Assembly: GCA_003154195.1 (NCBI GenBank)
Contig: PMCS01000029.1
Location: 208,703-272,702 of the forward strand
Direction of reading: 5' to 3'
From: Candidatus Omnitrophota bacterium
GTDB taxonomy: Bacteria; Omnitrophota; Gorgyraeia; Duberdicusellales; 4484-171
Length of the DNA stretch: 64,000 nucleotides
The notes beneath the pieces are model-generated. The model was not told the DNA's origin. It saw only the letters and a list, made by a program, of their open reading frames with translations, and ran no database searches. Positions within the stretch are counted from its first letter, which is position 1, and the number at the start of each line of letters is the position of its first letter. Of this stretch, positions 10,357 through 20,604 are shown piece after piece. A program made the position numbers and the translations under genes.

Positions 10357-10725
10357 ATGGCCAAAAGAATACTGGTAGTCGACGATGAAGAAAATGTCGT
10401 AAGAATGGTAAAATCACGGTTGGAATCAGGCGGATATGAAGTTATAACCGCGAGCGACGGTGAAGAGGGGTTGATTAAAGCCAGGGCGAATAAACCGGAT
10501 TTGGCGATCCTTGATATCTTAATGCCTAAGCTGGACGGCGGGAAAATGGCCGAAACGATGAAACTGAATGATGATTTGAAAAATATCCCGATAATATTTT
10601 TAACCTGTTTGGTGGAAGGGAAGGAAGTCCAGAATCGGCATATGATCGGCGGCAATCTCTTTTTAGCCAAGCCGTTTGATGGGAAAGAATTACTGGCAAT
10701 GGTGGGTAAAGTACTCGGGAAATAA
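10357..10725 (+). CDS. Stand-alone response regulator receiver (CheY-like)
   Basis: MAKRILVVDDEENV, DILMPKLDGG, LAKPF. RBS aaaggggg lies upstream of the ATG at 10357; the ORF-track start at 10339 is probably too early. Confidence 0.8.
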   Translation: MAKRILVVDDEENVVRMVKSRLESGGYEVITASDGEEGLIKARANKPDLAILDILMPKLDGGKMAETMKLNDDLKNIPIIFLTCLVEGKEVQNRHMIGGNLFLAKPFDGKELLAMVGKVLGK

Positions 10726-10885
10726 ACTGGGATAACAAATTTAAAAATTAACCTATATGCTTCCGGGCATCTATATACCGATAAAATCTCTTGCGACATT
10801 TTATCGGAATGCCTCGGAAGTCAATTCGACTACAGCCTCAATCTGCGCCCCTAGCGGGGCTTGATTTCGGCTGAGTCTCATTGAA

Positions 10886-11260
10886 ATGCCTAAGAAAATT
10901 TTAATTGTAGACGACGATAAAGATATCGTCAAGCTTATTGCTTCGCGGTTGAAAGCCAACGGCTATGATGTTGCAGCGGCCGGCGACGGCGTACAGGCAA
11001 TGACTGCGGTGAACACGGAAAACCCCGACCTTGTCATCCTTGATATAAGAATGCCGGCGGGCGGGGGATTAAGTGTTTATGAGAACCTAAAAAAATCTTT
11101 TAAAACCAGTATGATACCGATACTTTTTATGACCGCCTATTCCGAAGACCCGTTATGGATGAATATCCTGGATATGGAAGGAACAGATAATTACCTCACT
11201 AAACCCTTTGGGGCTAAAGCGCTTCTGGAAAAAGTGAAGAATATTTTTGAGGAAAAATAA
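10886..11260 (+). CDS. Stand-alone response regulator receiver (CheY-like)
   Basis: 124 aa. KILIVDDDKDIV, LDIRMPAGGG, TKPF. Confidence 0.8.
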   Translation: MPKKILIVDDDKDIVKLIASRLKANGYDVAAAGDGVQAMTAVNTENPDLVILDIRMPAGGGLSVYENLKKSFKTSMIPILFMTAYSEDPLWMNILDMEGTDNYLTKPFGAKALLEKVKNIFEEK

Positions 11261-11821
11261 AAAAATTTCACCACAGAGGGTATAGAAAAGTACCGAGGGA
11301 TGAATGATGATGGATGAAGGAAGATAGAAAACCAAAAAACTTTTGTCCTCAGATTACGCAGATTCTACAGATTGATTAACCGGATTTTTCTTTTAATATT
11401 ATCCCGATTTATATTTTTCTAAGAAATCTGTGAAATTAATAGTTTTGTAAATATAGGCTTGTTATTTTTCCTGTTTTTGTTATAATTCCCAGCTGTATTT
11501 ATATAGAGGCTAAGTTCCATCAACCAAGAGGCATTCAAATACTATGGCCATGCATATCTTCGTTTTTATCATCGTTATTTTACCATTAGTTTTGTGTTGG
11601 GTGCAAATGCTTTTAGATAAGTTTATGTAGGAATTCTTTCTTTCCCTCCGTTTAGAAAAACGTGGTAAATCGACTAAGCGTTTTTTCTTCATCTTCGATT
11701 AGGAAAAACGTGGCTTCATTGCCTGAAATCTGAGGTCGCGCTCTAAGCGCTTCCACGATTTCAGATAATTCGGCTACCAATTTTTGCTGCGTCTTAGACT
11801 TGCAAAAATTGAAGCCTCACT

Positions 11822-12145
11822 GGCGGGATAGCTCAGTCTGGTAGAGTCCCGCCTGCGCTTCGCTCGGCGGGATTAATTCAACTAAACCCGGAGTACCGGG
11901 TAAGTTTCATTGAACAAACGGCTCATACCCGCTGAAACCGATTTACCAATCGGTTTCAGAAGGGAGTATGAGGGAAGAATTCCCTCATGTAGTAGGGGTG
12001 ACAGCGACGAGCGAAGCGAGGAAGCGCCAGAGGGGCGAAGCCCCTATGGGGAACGAAGCGAAGCGAGTGACGCGAGGCTGGCGAGCCTCATAAATAAAAT
12101 ATACAGGCGAGTCCCGCCTCAAGGCGGGATCAAATCCAGTTCCCG
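11822..12145 (+). pseudogene. Degenerate/fragmented copy of the tRNA-Met gene: 5' acceptor and D arm, an anticodon stem-loop segment and a T-arm-like 3' segment, separated by unrelated insertions
   Basis: 11822-11846 matches tRNA positions 1-25 exactly (ggcgggatagctcagtctggtagag). 11916-11932 matches the anticodon arm (aaacggctcataccc). 12123-12145 resembles the T arm and 3' end (ggcgggatcaaatccagttcccg) but with a broken acceptor. The inserts carry dispersed repeat modules. Confidence 0.4.
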
Positions 12146-12207
12146 TTGATCTTTTTAATTTCTCACAATTTCTTCTTTATTATCCATTTATAGAAAAAAC
12201 GTGGTAT

Positions 12208-12281
12208 GGCGGGATAGCTCAGTCTGGTAGAGCAAACGGCTCATACCCGTTGCGCCGCTGGTTCAAATCCAGTTCCCGCCA
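12208..12281 (+). tRNA. tRNA-Met (anticodon CAT; initiator versus elongator versus Ile2 not resolved)
   Basis: Cloverleaf read by eye. Acceptor GGCGGGA/TCCCGCC, D arm GCTC-AGTCTGGTA-GAGC, anticodon arm AACGG-CTCATAC-CCGTT, T arm GCTGG-TTCAAAT-CCAGT, discriminator A. CCA is not encoded. Confidence 0.85.
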
Positions 12282-12402
12282 CGTTTTTTCTTCCCCAGTC
12301 ATATTTCCCCGTGTTGATTCCTTTTATCAAATAATCCCCCCCTTATTAGCTGATAAAAAATACGGAAAATAAGGGCTTTTAAGGTATAATAAGGTAAATA
12401 TT

Positions 12403-13152
12403 ATGATAAAAAAAATTTTTCCTCTCTTTGTGTGTTTTGCTTGTATTTATTCTCAAAATACTTTTTGTGAAAGAAAAATTTCTCCACAGGACAATACCGA
12501 CGCAAGAAAGATGTCACTTGATAAAGTACCATTAGATAAAGATGGTACTCCTATTGGCTGGAAGAAAGGTATCGAGTCAATGTGGCCGTCAGAAAAAGAT
12601 AAAAAAAGTGCCGCTAATCTTAGCGAAGAAGAATTAAAAAGTATCATCAATGAAGCTAAGAATATCTTTCAAGATATCTGGATTCCTTCATCGAACCAAA
12701 ATGGGTTTAAATATGTAAGGAAATATACGCTAGGCCCGCATAAAATTGCGTTTCAGGATTTATTAAGATGCGTGGAGTATGAAAAGAATGGATATAATAT
12801 TGTTATCTCAAGTATCCTTACCGATGCATCGAAAGGGTCGGTGGATATTAAGATAGAAAATAATAACGGCATCTTAAACGATAAAGATATAACTTCTCCA
12901 GAGCAATATATAAAAGAATTTTGCAAGATATTTCTGCGGCAAAACTTATGGACAACGGGAAAAGAAGGCCAGTCTGAGTTTTATTTTAAATTTAAAAAGA
13001 ATATATTTCATGTCTGCTATATTCCCCGCGATGAGAATAAATATTATTATGTTTATCTTTATGCCAATAATAAATTTGCAGTGTTGCAGTATACTACTAT
13101 GGATATGATGAAACCAATACCTATAAACAAATTGTGGAGAAAAACTAACTAG
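12403..13152 (+). CDS. Hypothetical secreted protein (low-GC islet gene 1)
   Basis: 249 aa. N-terminal hydrophobic signal-like segment. Markedly more AT-rich than the surrounding genes. No recognisable motif. Confidence 0.5.
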   Translation: MIKKIFPLFVCFACIYSQNTFCERKISPQDNTDARKMSLDKVPLDKDGTPIGWKKGIESMWPSEKDKKSAANLSEEELKSIINEAKNIFQDIWIPSSNQNGFKYVRKYTLGPHKIAFQDLLRCVEYEKNGYNIVISSILTDASKGSVDIKIENNNGILNDKDITSPEQYIKEFCKIFLRQNLWTTGKEGQSEFYFKFKKNIFHVCYIPRDENKYYYVYLYANNKFAVLQYTTMDMMKPIPINKLWRKTN

Positions 13153-13345
13153 AACCGGTGTCTAGATAATATCCAAAAACAAATATTAGACAAAAAGGAG
13201 GCAACTTAATACGTGGAAGTTTTACTAAATTCTAAGGCCTTACCATAGGAACCCTAAAAAATTTCCGGGCTCATACCCGTTATGTCGTCGGCTTGAAGAG
13301 TGTAGGCCGGAATCGCTAAAATTATTCAAATAAAGACAAGGGCAA

Positions 13346-14647
13346 TTGTTTTTAAAAGGATATAACAAATTGGGCAAGATATTACAAAAAATATTTATCA
13401 TATTACTTTACGCGTTTATCGCGCTGGTATTATTTCAGCAATTCTACCCCGTCAAAATTAACGACCGCGATTTGATTTATTACCCTCCGAAGGTAAAAGA
13501 TGAAGATAATGCTTATATAAAATTACTGCCTTGGTTAAAGAATATGAACGATAAGCAGCTTCGCCGCCAAATAAGGGCGTTGGCTAATAGTAGGGATTTC
13601 GATAAAACAAAAGCCGAAGAAATATTATCTTTACACCAACCCTTATTGGAAGTCTTCCATCAGGCGTTATTGTTGGATTATTTTCGTCCCCCTTCAGAAA
13701 TAGATGGTGTTTACAATAGGAAAAGTGAGGGCGAGCTATTAAAAACATTTTTTTTAAGCAGTTTGCAGGTGATTTATATAAAGAAGCTGATTAATGAGAA
13801 TAAATACCCGGAAGCTTTTTATGAGATATCGCGATTGGCTAAGTGGGCAAGGATGCTCGATGATTCCGGAGAGATTTATATTTACGGGTTGACAAACGAA
13901 AGACGGACAATCGGACTTATCCGGGAATGGGCGGAAAAAGCAAGTTTTGACAGGAAATATTACCGGGGTTTCAGGAAAGAAATAGAAAGTTTTTTGAAAA
14001 ATGGCACCACGGAAGAATTTATCAGGATTGATTATACTACGACTTTGATTTCGATGAGATTGGCATCCGGGGATAATCCCTATAATTTATACGACAAAGG
14101 AAAGATAAATAAATTTATCCCCATAAAATATATTTATAACCGGGAGGCCACGAGAAATGATCTGGCAGGATGTTACCGGCGTATTTTAGTTGCCTTGGAA
14201 GGAAACTATCGGGATATTTCTAATATTGGAGAACCTCTATTATTCAGGAATAGGCTTTTAAAAGGGTTAAGATACCTGTCCGGTAATATTGTAGGGAAAA
14301 TCCTGGTGAAAATATTGATACCGAATCATGTTCGCATGATGACCGGGGATATCCTCGAGCTGAACGCGCAGGGAAAACTTACCAAGCTATTTCTTGCCCT
14401 GAAAGATTATTATGCCGGACAAAAAACTTTGCCGAAAAATTTAGCTGTTTTAGTCCCCGATTATATCGAGGCGATTCCTAAAGACCCTTACGATAATAAA
14501 GAATTAAAATATTCCCCGAAAGAAAAGATAATTTATAGCGCCGGCTATGATATTTTAAGTACCGAAGGCTGTCTTGCCGGGGCGCATGGCAGGCATGGCT
14601 GTTCCGACGAAGCTCTGCGCATCAAATTAAATTTTGGAAGCAATTGA
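13346..14647 (+). CDS. Hypothetical protein with N-terminal TM anchor (low-GC islet gene 2)
   Basis: 433 aa, AT-rich codon usage. No recognisable motif. Confidence 0.5.
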   Translation: MFLKGYNKLGKILQKIFIILLYAFIALVLFQQFYPVKINDRDLIYYPPKVKDEDNAYIKLLPWLKNMNDKQLRRQIRALANSRDFDKTKAEEILSLHQPLLEVFHQALLLDYFRPPSEIDGVYNRKSEGELLKTFFLSSLQVIYIKKLINENKYPEAFYEISRLAKWARMLDDSGEIYIYGLTNERRTIGLIREWAEKASFDRKYYRGFRKEIESFLKNGTTEEFIRIDYTTTLISMRLASGDNPYNLYDKGKINKFIPIKYIYNREATRNDLAGCYRRILVALEGNYRDISNIGEPLLFRNRLLKGLRYLSGNIVGKILVKILIPNHVRMMTGDILELNAQGKLTKLFLALKDYYAGQKTLPKNLAVLVPDYIEAIPKDPYDNKELKYSPKEKIIYSAGYDILSTEGCLAGAHGRHGCSDEALRIKLNFGSN

Positions 14648-14688
14648 TGCAAGTATTTTAAACCAACGCATTTTTCGGGTAATATAAA

Positions 14689-15378
14689 TTAAAACTTATA
14701 CGTGACGCCGATAGCGGCTACGGGATAATATTGGTATTTTTTAACATCATCCCGCACATTATCTTTTTCCCGGTCCAGTTCGGTTAAAAAAGCCGCATTA
14801 TTTGCCAGTGTGCCATTTGCGCTTAAATCCACATGGGGAGAACCCTGGAACATTACCCCCAAATCAAAATTTATCGACCAGTTTGAATTTTTGCCAAAAG
14901 GATTGCCCCAGCCGATTCCCGCGTATGGCGCAACTTTGTTGAAATCAACTCTGCCGGTTACTGTTCCGGCCTGGGCGGCGCTATAGGTGACATTTCCTAT
15001 GTGATAGTTAGCGTTTGATTTTGCCGTCATGTCCAGTTTATTCTCATTAATAATAAGCCCGCCGCTTAAGCGCAGCCCTTGTTTGAAAGGAAACCAGTCT
15101 GCTAAAAAACTGAAAGACAAAAGCTTTAAATCCAGGCCATATTCAATATCGCCTTGTGTGCCGTTATAATTATGCGAAAAACCATTGCCTCCCACGCGGG
15201 CATTAAAATTATGGTTGAGTTTCAAAATTGCTTCCGCGCCGGGGCCCAGGGTGCTTAATTTTAATCCCGCGGCTAATTGGTCGCCGGCATAAACTTTTTC
15301 TAATCCCGTTACTAAGCAGATTGCAACTAAAACCAGAAAAATTTTTCTCATTTTTCCCTCCTTTTTACCTCTATTCAT
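14689..15378 (-). CDS. Outer-membrane beta-barrel protein (OmpA-like / porin family)
   Basis: 229 aa. Signal peptide MRKIFLVLVAICLVTGLEKVYA. Alternating amphipathic pattern. C-terminal aromatic signature ending in YKF. Confidence 0.65.
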   Translation of the reverse strand: MNRGKKEGKMRKIFLVLVAICLVTGLEKVYAGDQLAAGLKLSTLGPGAEAILKLNHNFNARVGGNGFSHNYNGTQGDIEYGLDLKLLSFSFLADWFPFKQGLRLSGGLIINENKLDMTAKSNANYHIGNVTYSAAQAGTVTGRVDFNKVAPYAGIGWGNPFGKNSNWSINFDLGVMFQGSPHVDLSANGTLANNAAFLTELDREKDNVRDDVKKYQYYPVAAIGVTYKF

Positions 15379-15499
15379 CCATATATCAAGGCGTGAAACT
15401 TCATATTAATTTACCTTATTTTCTGGGTGTTGTAAACAATCTTATGCAGTAAAATCAAAACCCCTTCCCATTCCGCTGATTTGGTATAAAATATTATTT

Positions 15500-16141
15500 A
15501 TGCTTTCTTCGGCAACGAAAATTTTAAAACTGTTTAAAAAAGAATACCCCGATCCGAAAATCGCCCTGGAATACTCTAATCCCTTAGAGCTTCTGGTGGC
15601 GACGATATTGTCCGCCCAATGCACGGACGTGCGGGTAAATATTGTCACTAAAACGCTTTTCAAAAAGTATAAAACTGCTGCTGAATATGCACGGGCTGAT
15701 TTAAAGGTTTTCGAGCAAGAGATACATTCCGCGGGATTTTATCACAGCAAAGCAAAAAATATCATCGCTGCCGCTAAGATGATTGAAGATTCCGGCGGTA
15801 AAGTTCCCGCAGCGATGGAGGAACTAATCAAGCTTCCCGGCGTGGCGCGAAAAACCGCCAATATCGTTCTCTTTGACGGATTCGGTAAAATAGAAGGGGT
15901 AGCAGTCGATACGCACGTGCTCAGGCTGTCGCAAAGGCTGGGATTGAGTAAAAACGATAGGCCGGAAAAAATTGAGCGGGATTTAATGAAGCTGTTCGAT
16001 AAAAAGGACTGGGGTATTCTCAACCATCTTCTGGTCGACCACGGCAGAAGAATTTGCGACGCTAAAAAACCCCGATGTCCGGAATGCGTGCTGCGTGATT
16101 TATGTCCTTCCCACGGTATCTTTTATCCCTCTGTAAAATAG
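15500..16141 (+). CDS. nth: Endonuclease III (HhH-GPD DNA glycosylase with 4Fe-4S cluster)
   Basis: 213 aa. LSAQCTDVRVN, HhH LPGVARKTANIVL, and the cluster motif CPECVLRDLC after RRICDAKKPRC. Confidence 0.9.
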   Translation: MLSSATKILKLFKKEYPDPKIALEYSNPLELLVATILSAQCTDVRVNIVTKTLFKKYKTAAEYARADLKVFEQEIHSAGFYHSKAKNIIAAAKMIEDSGGKVPAAMEELIKLPGVARKTANIVLFDGFGKIEGVAVDTHVLRLSQRLGLSKNDRPEKIERDLMKLFDKKDWGILNHLLVDHGRRICDAKKPRCPECVLRDLCPSHGIFYPSVK

Positions 16142-16215
16142 TTTGAGCCAAAATTACTTTCCATTCCGCGGATTATAGGATAAAATATAACAATATATTA
16201 AGATAAGAGATTAAC

Positions 16216-17637
16216 ATGAAAAATATCTACATTGCTGTATTTTTAATTTTTTCCCAAGCGCTCGCCTTGCCTTGGGCGGTTGCGCGGGATGAAGGCGAAA
16301 ATCATAAAAATAATGAAGGCCGGCTGATTACGCTTGCCGACGGCATTAAGATAGTTTCGCAAGACAGCCGGTTGATTAAAATAGCCTTTGCCGATACACA
16401 GGCGGCGATGCAGGACCTGCGCGTCGCGTTTTCTCCCCTTCTCCCCCAGGTCACTTCTTTGGTAACTGAAACCTGGCTGGTCAATCAGCCGGCGGCAAAA
16501 TTCGGCCTTTTGCGCGTCGAAAGTGCCGACCGGCAATCTCTCTCGGCCGGGGTAGCGGTATATCAAACGCTGTTTGATTTCGGCAAAAGCATTGCCGATT
16601 ATAAAAGTGCGGGAGAGATGTTGAGCGGCCGGCAGGCTAATTTAGAAATCGTGCGCCGGGCCGCGGTGCTGGAATTTATCCTGGTATACTTTGACTCTTT
16701 GGAAGCGGAAAAAATGGTTGTGGTGGCGCGAAACCAGGTTAAAAGCTTAACGGCGTTCGCCGCCGATATCGAGAATCTATATGAAGCCGGCACGGCGGTA
16801 AAAAATGATTTGCTCCCCGCGCGGGTCAGGCTTTCCGACGCGAAAGTAAAACTAATCAGCGCGCGAAATAACCGCGCGATTTACGCGGCAAGGTTTAATA
16901 ATATTCTTGCTTTGCCGCTGGGAGAAAAGGTCAGGATTCGCGATAGCCGGGTTGAGGTTGCTTATCTTCCCGGCCGCGATGAACTTTGGGAAACTGCGGC
17001 CGCAAAACGGCCGGAAATTTCTTTTATTGCCGCCCAGAAGAAAGCGTCGGCATTTCGGGAGAAATCCTTCCGGGCGCAGAATCGCCCTAAGGTCTTTGCC
17101 GAAGGCGGCTATTCCTACGCGCAAAATGAATACCAGGTGCATCAAGATAATGCTTACGTCAATGTCGGGGTAAAGTTTAATGTTTTTGACGGGCAGTTAT
17201 CCCAGGCGCAGGTTTCGAAAGAGAAGTATTTCCAGAAGCAAACCGATTTGCAAAGGGAAAAACTGGCAGAGGATATTAAATTCGAGATCGAAAGCAGTTT
17301 GTTAAATTTTAATAATGCCCTGGAAAAAACTAAAGTTAGCCGCGAGGCGCTGTCTCAGGCTCAGGAAAATGTGCGGGTTACCCGCATAAAATACAATTCC
17401 GGCAGCGCTACGACGACGGAAGTCCTGGAAGCGGTAACCCTGCAGACGTTAGCCCAGACGAATTATTATGATTCTCAGTACGATTTAAAACGCAATTACG
17501 CGCGGTTGATGTACGCGGCGGGGATGGATTTATCTTTAATTAATGAGACTTGGCCGAAATCAAGCCCGAAGTCCGTCAATTCGTTAAACGAATTGACGAG
17601 ACCTCGCCATCTATGGGATGGCGGGGGCGCAGATTGA
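16216..17637 (+). CDS. TolC-like outer membrane efflux protein (OEP family)
   Basis: 473 aa. Signal peptide and two OEP-type coiled repeats. Lies upstream of the HlyD/EmrB genes. The last ~25 codons are supplied by the 88-bp dispersed repeat, so the true C-terminus may be altered. Confidence 0.75.
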   Translation: MKNIYIAVFLIFSQALALPWAVARDEGENHKNNEGRLITLADGIKIVSQDSRLIKIAFADTQAAMQDLRVAFSPLLPQVTSLVTETWLVNQPAAKFGLLRVESADRQSLSAGVAVYQTLFDFGKSIADYKSAGEMLSGRQANLEIVRRAAVLEFILVYFDSLEAEKMVVVARNQVKSLTAFAADIENLYEAGTAVKNDLLPARVRLSDAKVKLISARNNRAIYAARFNNILALPLGEKVRIRDSRVEVAYLPGRDELWETAAAKRPEISFIAAQKKASAFREKSFRAQNRPKVFAEGGYSYAQNEYQVHQDNAYVNVGVKFNVFDGQLSQAQVSKEKYFQKQTDLQREKLAEDIKFEIESSLLNFNNALEKTKVSREALSQAQENVRVTRIKYNSGSATTTEVLEAVTLQTLAQTNYYDSQYDLKRNYARLMYAAGMDLSLINETWPKSSPKSVNSLNELTRPRHLWDGGGAD

Positions 17638-17646
17638 GGCGGTAGT
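17559..17646. repeat. 88-bp dispersed repeat, copy A (inverted partner at 28025-28112)
   Basis: Near-identical reverse complement of 28025-28112 by direct comparison. Contains the perfect palindrome gtcaattcgttaaacgaattgac. Flanked by other repeat modules (taatgagact at 17541; gggatagtcgaat at 17705). Confidence 0.8.
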
Positions 17647-17823
17647 CCAAATTAATTTAGGTTCGGGACATCCTGTACCTAAATATAGTTATTTTAGGGC
17701 AACGGGATAGTCGAATTTCCCGCCTTTGGCGGGATCCCGCTTCCTTAATATAACTATCCAGGGAGGCGGTGAACCCCTGAAGCGTTAGCGAAGGGGTTCG
17801 AGGCTAACTAAAGGAGAAAGACT

Positions 17824-18822
17824 ATGGAAGCGCCCAACCATAAAAAGACTAAACTATTGATTATTCTGGTCGCAGCCGCCGCGGTTGGCGGGTTTTTGGC
17901 CGGCGCGGCAATCATGCGGGCTTCCCGGTTTTTGGCTACGGATGACGCCTATATCGACGGCCGTACCCACATCGTAGCGTTTCGCGTTTCCGGTACCGTA
18001 AAGACGGTTTATGTCCAGGATAACCAGGCCGTCAAGCAGGGAGATTTGCTGGTTGAGCTCGATCCGGCGGATTATGAGTTAAAAGTCGGCGATGCCGCCG
18101 CTGCCCTGGACGCGGAGAAAGCCAAATTCATTGACGCGGGTGCCGGCATCAACGCTGCGGCGGCTAATTTTGATATCCAGGAAATAAATCTTAAGCAGGC
18201 TGTACTCGATAAAAACAGAGCGGAGGCTCTTTTCAAGGAAGGCGTGATTGCCGCGGAAAGGCATGAGAAAGTCCTTACCGCTTACAGCATGGCCGCGGCG
18301 CAGGTAACGGCGGCCGGCGAACAGTCAGCCCGGGCAAAGGCGACGGAAGATATCGAAAAATCTTTAGTAAAACAGAAGGGGGCGGCTCTGGGAACAGCGC
18401 GGTTAAATTTAAGTTATACTAAAATATACGCGCCTTGCGATGGTTATGTCACCAGAAAATCTGTGGAAATAGGAAATCGGGCGGCCGAGGGGCAGCCGTT
18501 GATGGCGGTGATTGCCCTGAACGATATCTGGATAACCGCTAATTATAAAGAAACGCAGTTAAGAAAAGTGAAGCCGGGCCAGAGCGTATCGATTAAGGTC
18601 GACGCTTATCCCTCTAAGCATTTTACGGGAAGGGTCGAAAGTATCATGGCCGGCACCGGCGCGGCCTTTTCGTTATTCCCGCCGGAAAACGCCCTGGGCA
18701 ATTATGTCAAAGTCGTGCAGAGGGTTCCGGTGAAAATAACGATCGATAAAAATAACGGCCAGAACCGTATCCTGCGTATCGGCATGTCCTGCGTAACGGT
18801 CATCAATACCAAAGATGAGTAA
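17824..18822 (+). CDS. HlyD/EmrA-family membrane fusion protein
   Basis: 332 aa. N-terminal TM, coiled-coil and lipoyl-like segments. YVTRKSVEIGN... is typical of EmrA periplasmic adaptors. Confidence 0.8.
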   Translation: MEAPNHKKTKLLIILVAAAAVGGFLAGAAIMRASRFLATDDAYIDGRTHIVAFRVSGTVKTVYVQDNQAVKQGDLLVELDPADYELKVGDAAAALDAEKAKFIDAGAGINAAAANFDIQEINLKQAVLDKNRAEALFKEGVIAAERHEKVLTAYSMAAAQVTAAGEQSARAKATEDIEKSLVKQKGAALGTARLNLSYTKIYAPCDGYVTRKSVEIGNRAAEGQPLMAVIALNDIWITANYKETQLRKVKPGQSVSIKVDAYPSKHFTGRVESIMAGTGAAFSLFPPENALGNYVKVVQRVPVKITIDKNNGQNRILRIGMSCVTVINTKDE

Positions 18823-20335
18823 ATGGATTGTTGCCCTATCGGTTATTCTGCCTACACTGATCGAAGTCATTGATACTTCGGTCGTTAATGTTTCTTTAGA
18901 TCACATCCGCGGCAGCCTTTCCGCCGGCCTCGATGAATCTACCTGGACGATTACCGCTTATCTTGTTTCCAACGCCATCATCATCCCTATTACCGGCTGG
19001 CTCAGCCGCGTCTTCGGCCGCAAACGGTATCTGATTTTTTCCGTAGCTCTGTTTACCGCCAGTTCCTTTATGTGCGGAGCGTCTACTACTCTGGGCATGC
19101 TGATTTTTTTTCGGATCCTGCAGGGTATCGGCGGCGGCGCGCTGCAGCCGATTTCCCAGTCAATTCTCCTGGAGGCTTTTCCGGTAGCGGAGCACGGGAT
19201 GGCCATGGCGATTTTCGGCAGCGGCGTGATGTTCGGGCCGATTATCGGGCCGATGCTGGGCGGCTGGATTACCGACAATTGGTCGTGGAACTGGATCTTT
19301 TATATTAATATCCCCATCGGCATTCTGTCGATTGTCATGATCGGCTTGTTTATCCACGACCCGGTTTATTTAAAACGCACCAAGCAAAAAATCGATTTCC
19401 GGGGGTTAGGGCTGCTTGTGGTTGGCCTGGGTGCTTTGCAGGTTGTGCTCGATAAGGGCCAGCGGGAAGATTGGTTCTCTTCGGGTTTAATCGTAAGGTT
19501 GTCGCTTGTCGCGGCGGCCTGCCTCATCGCTTTTATTATCGTGGAGCTTCGTTCTCCCGAGCCGGTGGTCAAACTGCGGTTATTTAAAAATATTTCTTTC
19601 GCCGCCGGCAACCTCGTCCAATTTTTCGCCTTTTTTGTTTTATTCGGCAGCATCGTGCTTGTTCCTATATATTTACAGCAGTTAATGGGCTATACCGCTT
19701 ATCTGGCCGGGTTAGCCCTTGCTCCCGGCGGTATTGCCACTCTTTTTTCGATGCCCCTAGTCGGGATACTGGTCGCTAAATATAATCCCAAAGGGCTTAT
19801 GGTTTTTGGCATTATCGTTACGGCGTATTCGATGCTGATTATGTCTTCCTTCAGCTTGCAGACCGATTTAGACGCGATTTTATGGTCGCGTATCGTAATG
19901 GGTTTCGGTTTAAGTTTTGTGTTTATCCCTATGGTCACCATGACTCTTTCCGGCGTCCCTAAGGAGGAGATGGGTTATGCCACCGCCATTTTTAATCTTC
20001 TGCGTAATCTCGGCGGCAGTTTCGGCGTAGCGTTTATTACCACGATAGTTGCCCGGCGCGCCCAATTCCACCAGGCGCGTTTCGCGGAAAATTTAACCCC
20101 TTTTCATCTGCCCTATCGGGCCGCCGGCCAATTTGCCGGCAGGGTATTGCAATCAAAAGGAGTTTCGCCGGCCGCGGCCGACGGCATTATTTACCAGCGC
20201 TTGATTAGAGAATCGAACATGATGGCGTTTCGCGATACATTTTTTTTCTCCGCCGTAATTATGATTTCGGTTCTGCTCCTGGTGTTTTTTCTTAAGCGGC
20301 CCAAAGGCGCGCCGGCCGTTGGAGCGATGCATTAG
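18815..20335 (+). CDS. MFS drug:H+ antiporter, DHA2/EmrB-QacA family (14 TM)
   Basis: 506 aa. MFS motif GRKRYLIFSVALF, many TMs. Start overlaps the stop of the preceding membrane fusion gene. Confidence 0.85.
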   Translation: MSKWIVALSVILPTLIEVIDTSVVNVSLDHIRGSLSAGLDESTWTITAYLVSNAIIIPITGWLSRVFGRKRYLIFSVALFTASSFMCGASTTLGMLIFFRILQGIGGGALQPISQSILLEAFPVAEHGMAMAIFGSGVMFGPIIGPMLGGWITDNWSWNWIFYINIPIGILSIVMIGLFIHDPVYLKRTKQKIDFRGLGLLVVGLGALQVVLDKGQREDWFSSGLIVRLSLVAAACLIAFIIVELRSPEPVVKLRLFKNISFAAGNLVQFFAFFVLFGSIVLVPIYLQQLMGYTAYLAGLALAPGGIATLFSMPLVGILVAKYNPKGLMVFGIIVTAYSMLIMSSFSLQTDLDAILWSRIVMGFGLSFVFIPMVTMTLSGVPKEEMGYATAIFNLLRNLGGSFGVAFITTIVARRAQFHQARFAENLTPFHLPYRAAGQFAGRVLQSKGVSPAAADGIIYQRLIRESNMMAFRDTFFFSAVIMISVLLLVFFLKRPKGAPAVGAMH

Positions 20336-20397
20336 TTTCAAAATACCATCAAGAATTTTATGAAAAACAGGATGGAAACATGAAGAAATATCAAAGC

Positions 20398-20565
20398 AAC
20401 CACAGAGGTCTCAGAGAAGAACATGCCTCTCTGGGTTCTCTGAATGATAAAGAGTATTTTCTTCAATGGGTAACCGGGAGAATAATTTAAGAGTACACAG
20501 AGGAAGAAAGAGAAAAAACCGGTAATTTTTTATATTTTAATGATTTCTCTGGAGTCTCTGTGGTT
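20398..20565. mobile_element. MITE-like / structured element with ~21-bp terminal inverted repeats (copy 1)
   Basis: Termini aaccacagaggtctcagagaa ... ttctctggagtctctgtggtt, reverse complements with 2 mismatches. Internal second inverted pair around cacagagg. Sits about 35 nt upstream of the RBS of the 20605 gene. Confidence 0.5.
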
Positions 20566-20604
20566 AACTTTTGACAGAACGATTTTTAAATTAAGGAGGG
20601 CGCT

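Noticed and set aside
11822-12145. Possibility that this is a functional intron-containing tRNA (group I intron in the anticodon loop)
   Set aside because: There are two separate insertions at non-canonical positions (after the D stem and after the anticodon arm). The 3' acceptor strand is broken (TCCCGTTGA versus TCCCGCCA). An intact identical tRNA lies 390 bp downstream. A decayed duplicate is more parsimonious.
11910-12149. 79-aa ORF (MNKRLIPAETDL ...)
   Set aside because: It lies entirely within the degenerate tRNA-duplicate/repeat region. The Arg/Ser/Glu-rich low-complexity product is likely spurious.
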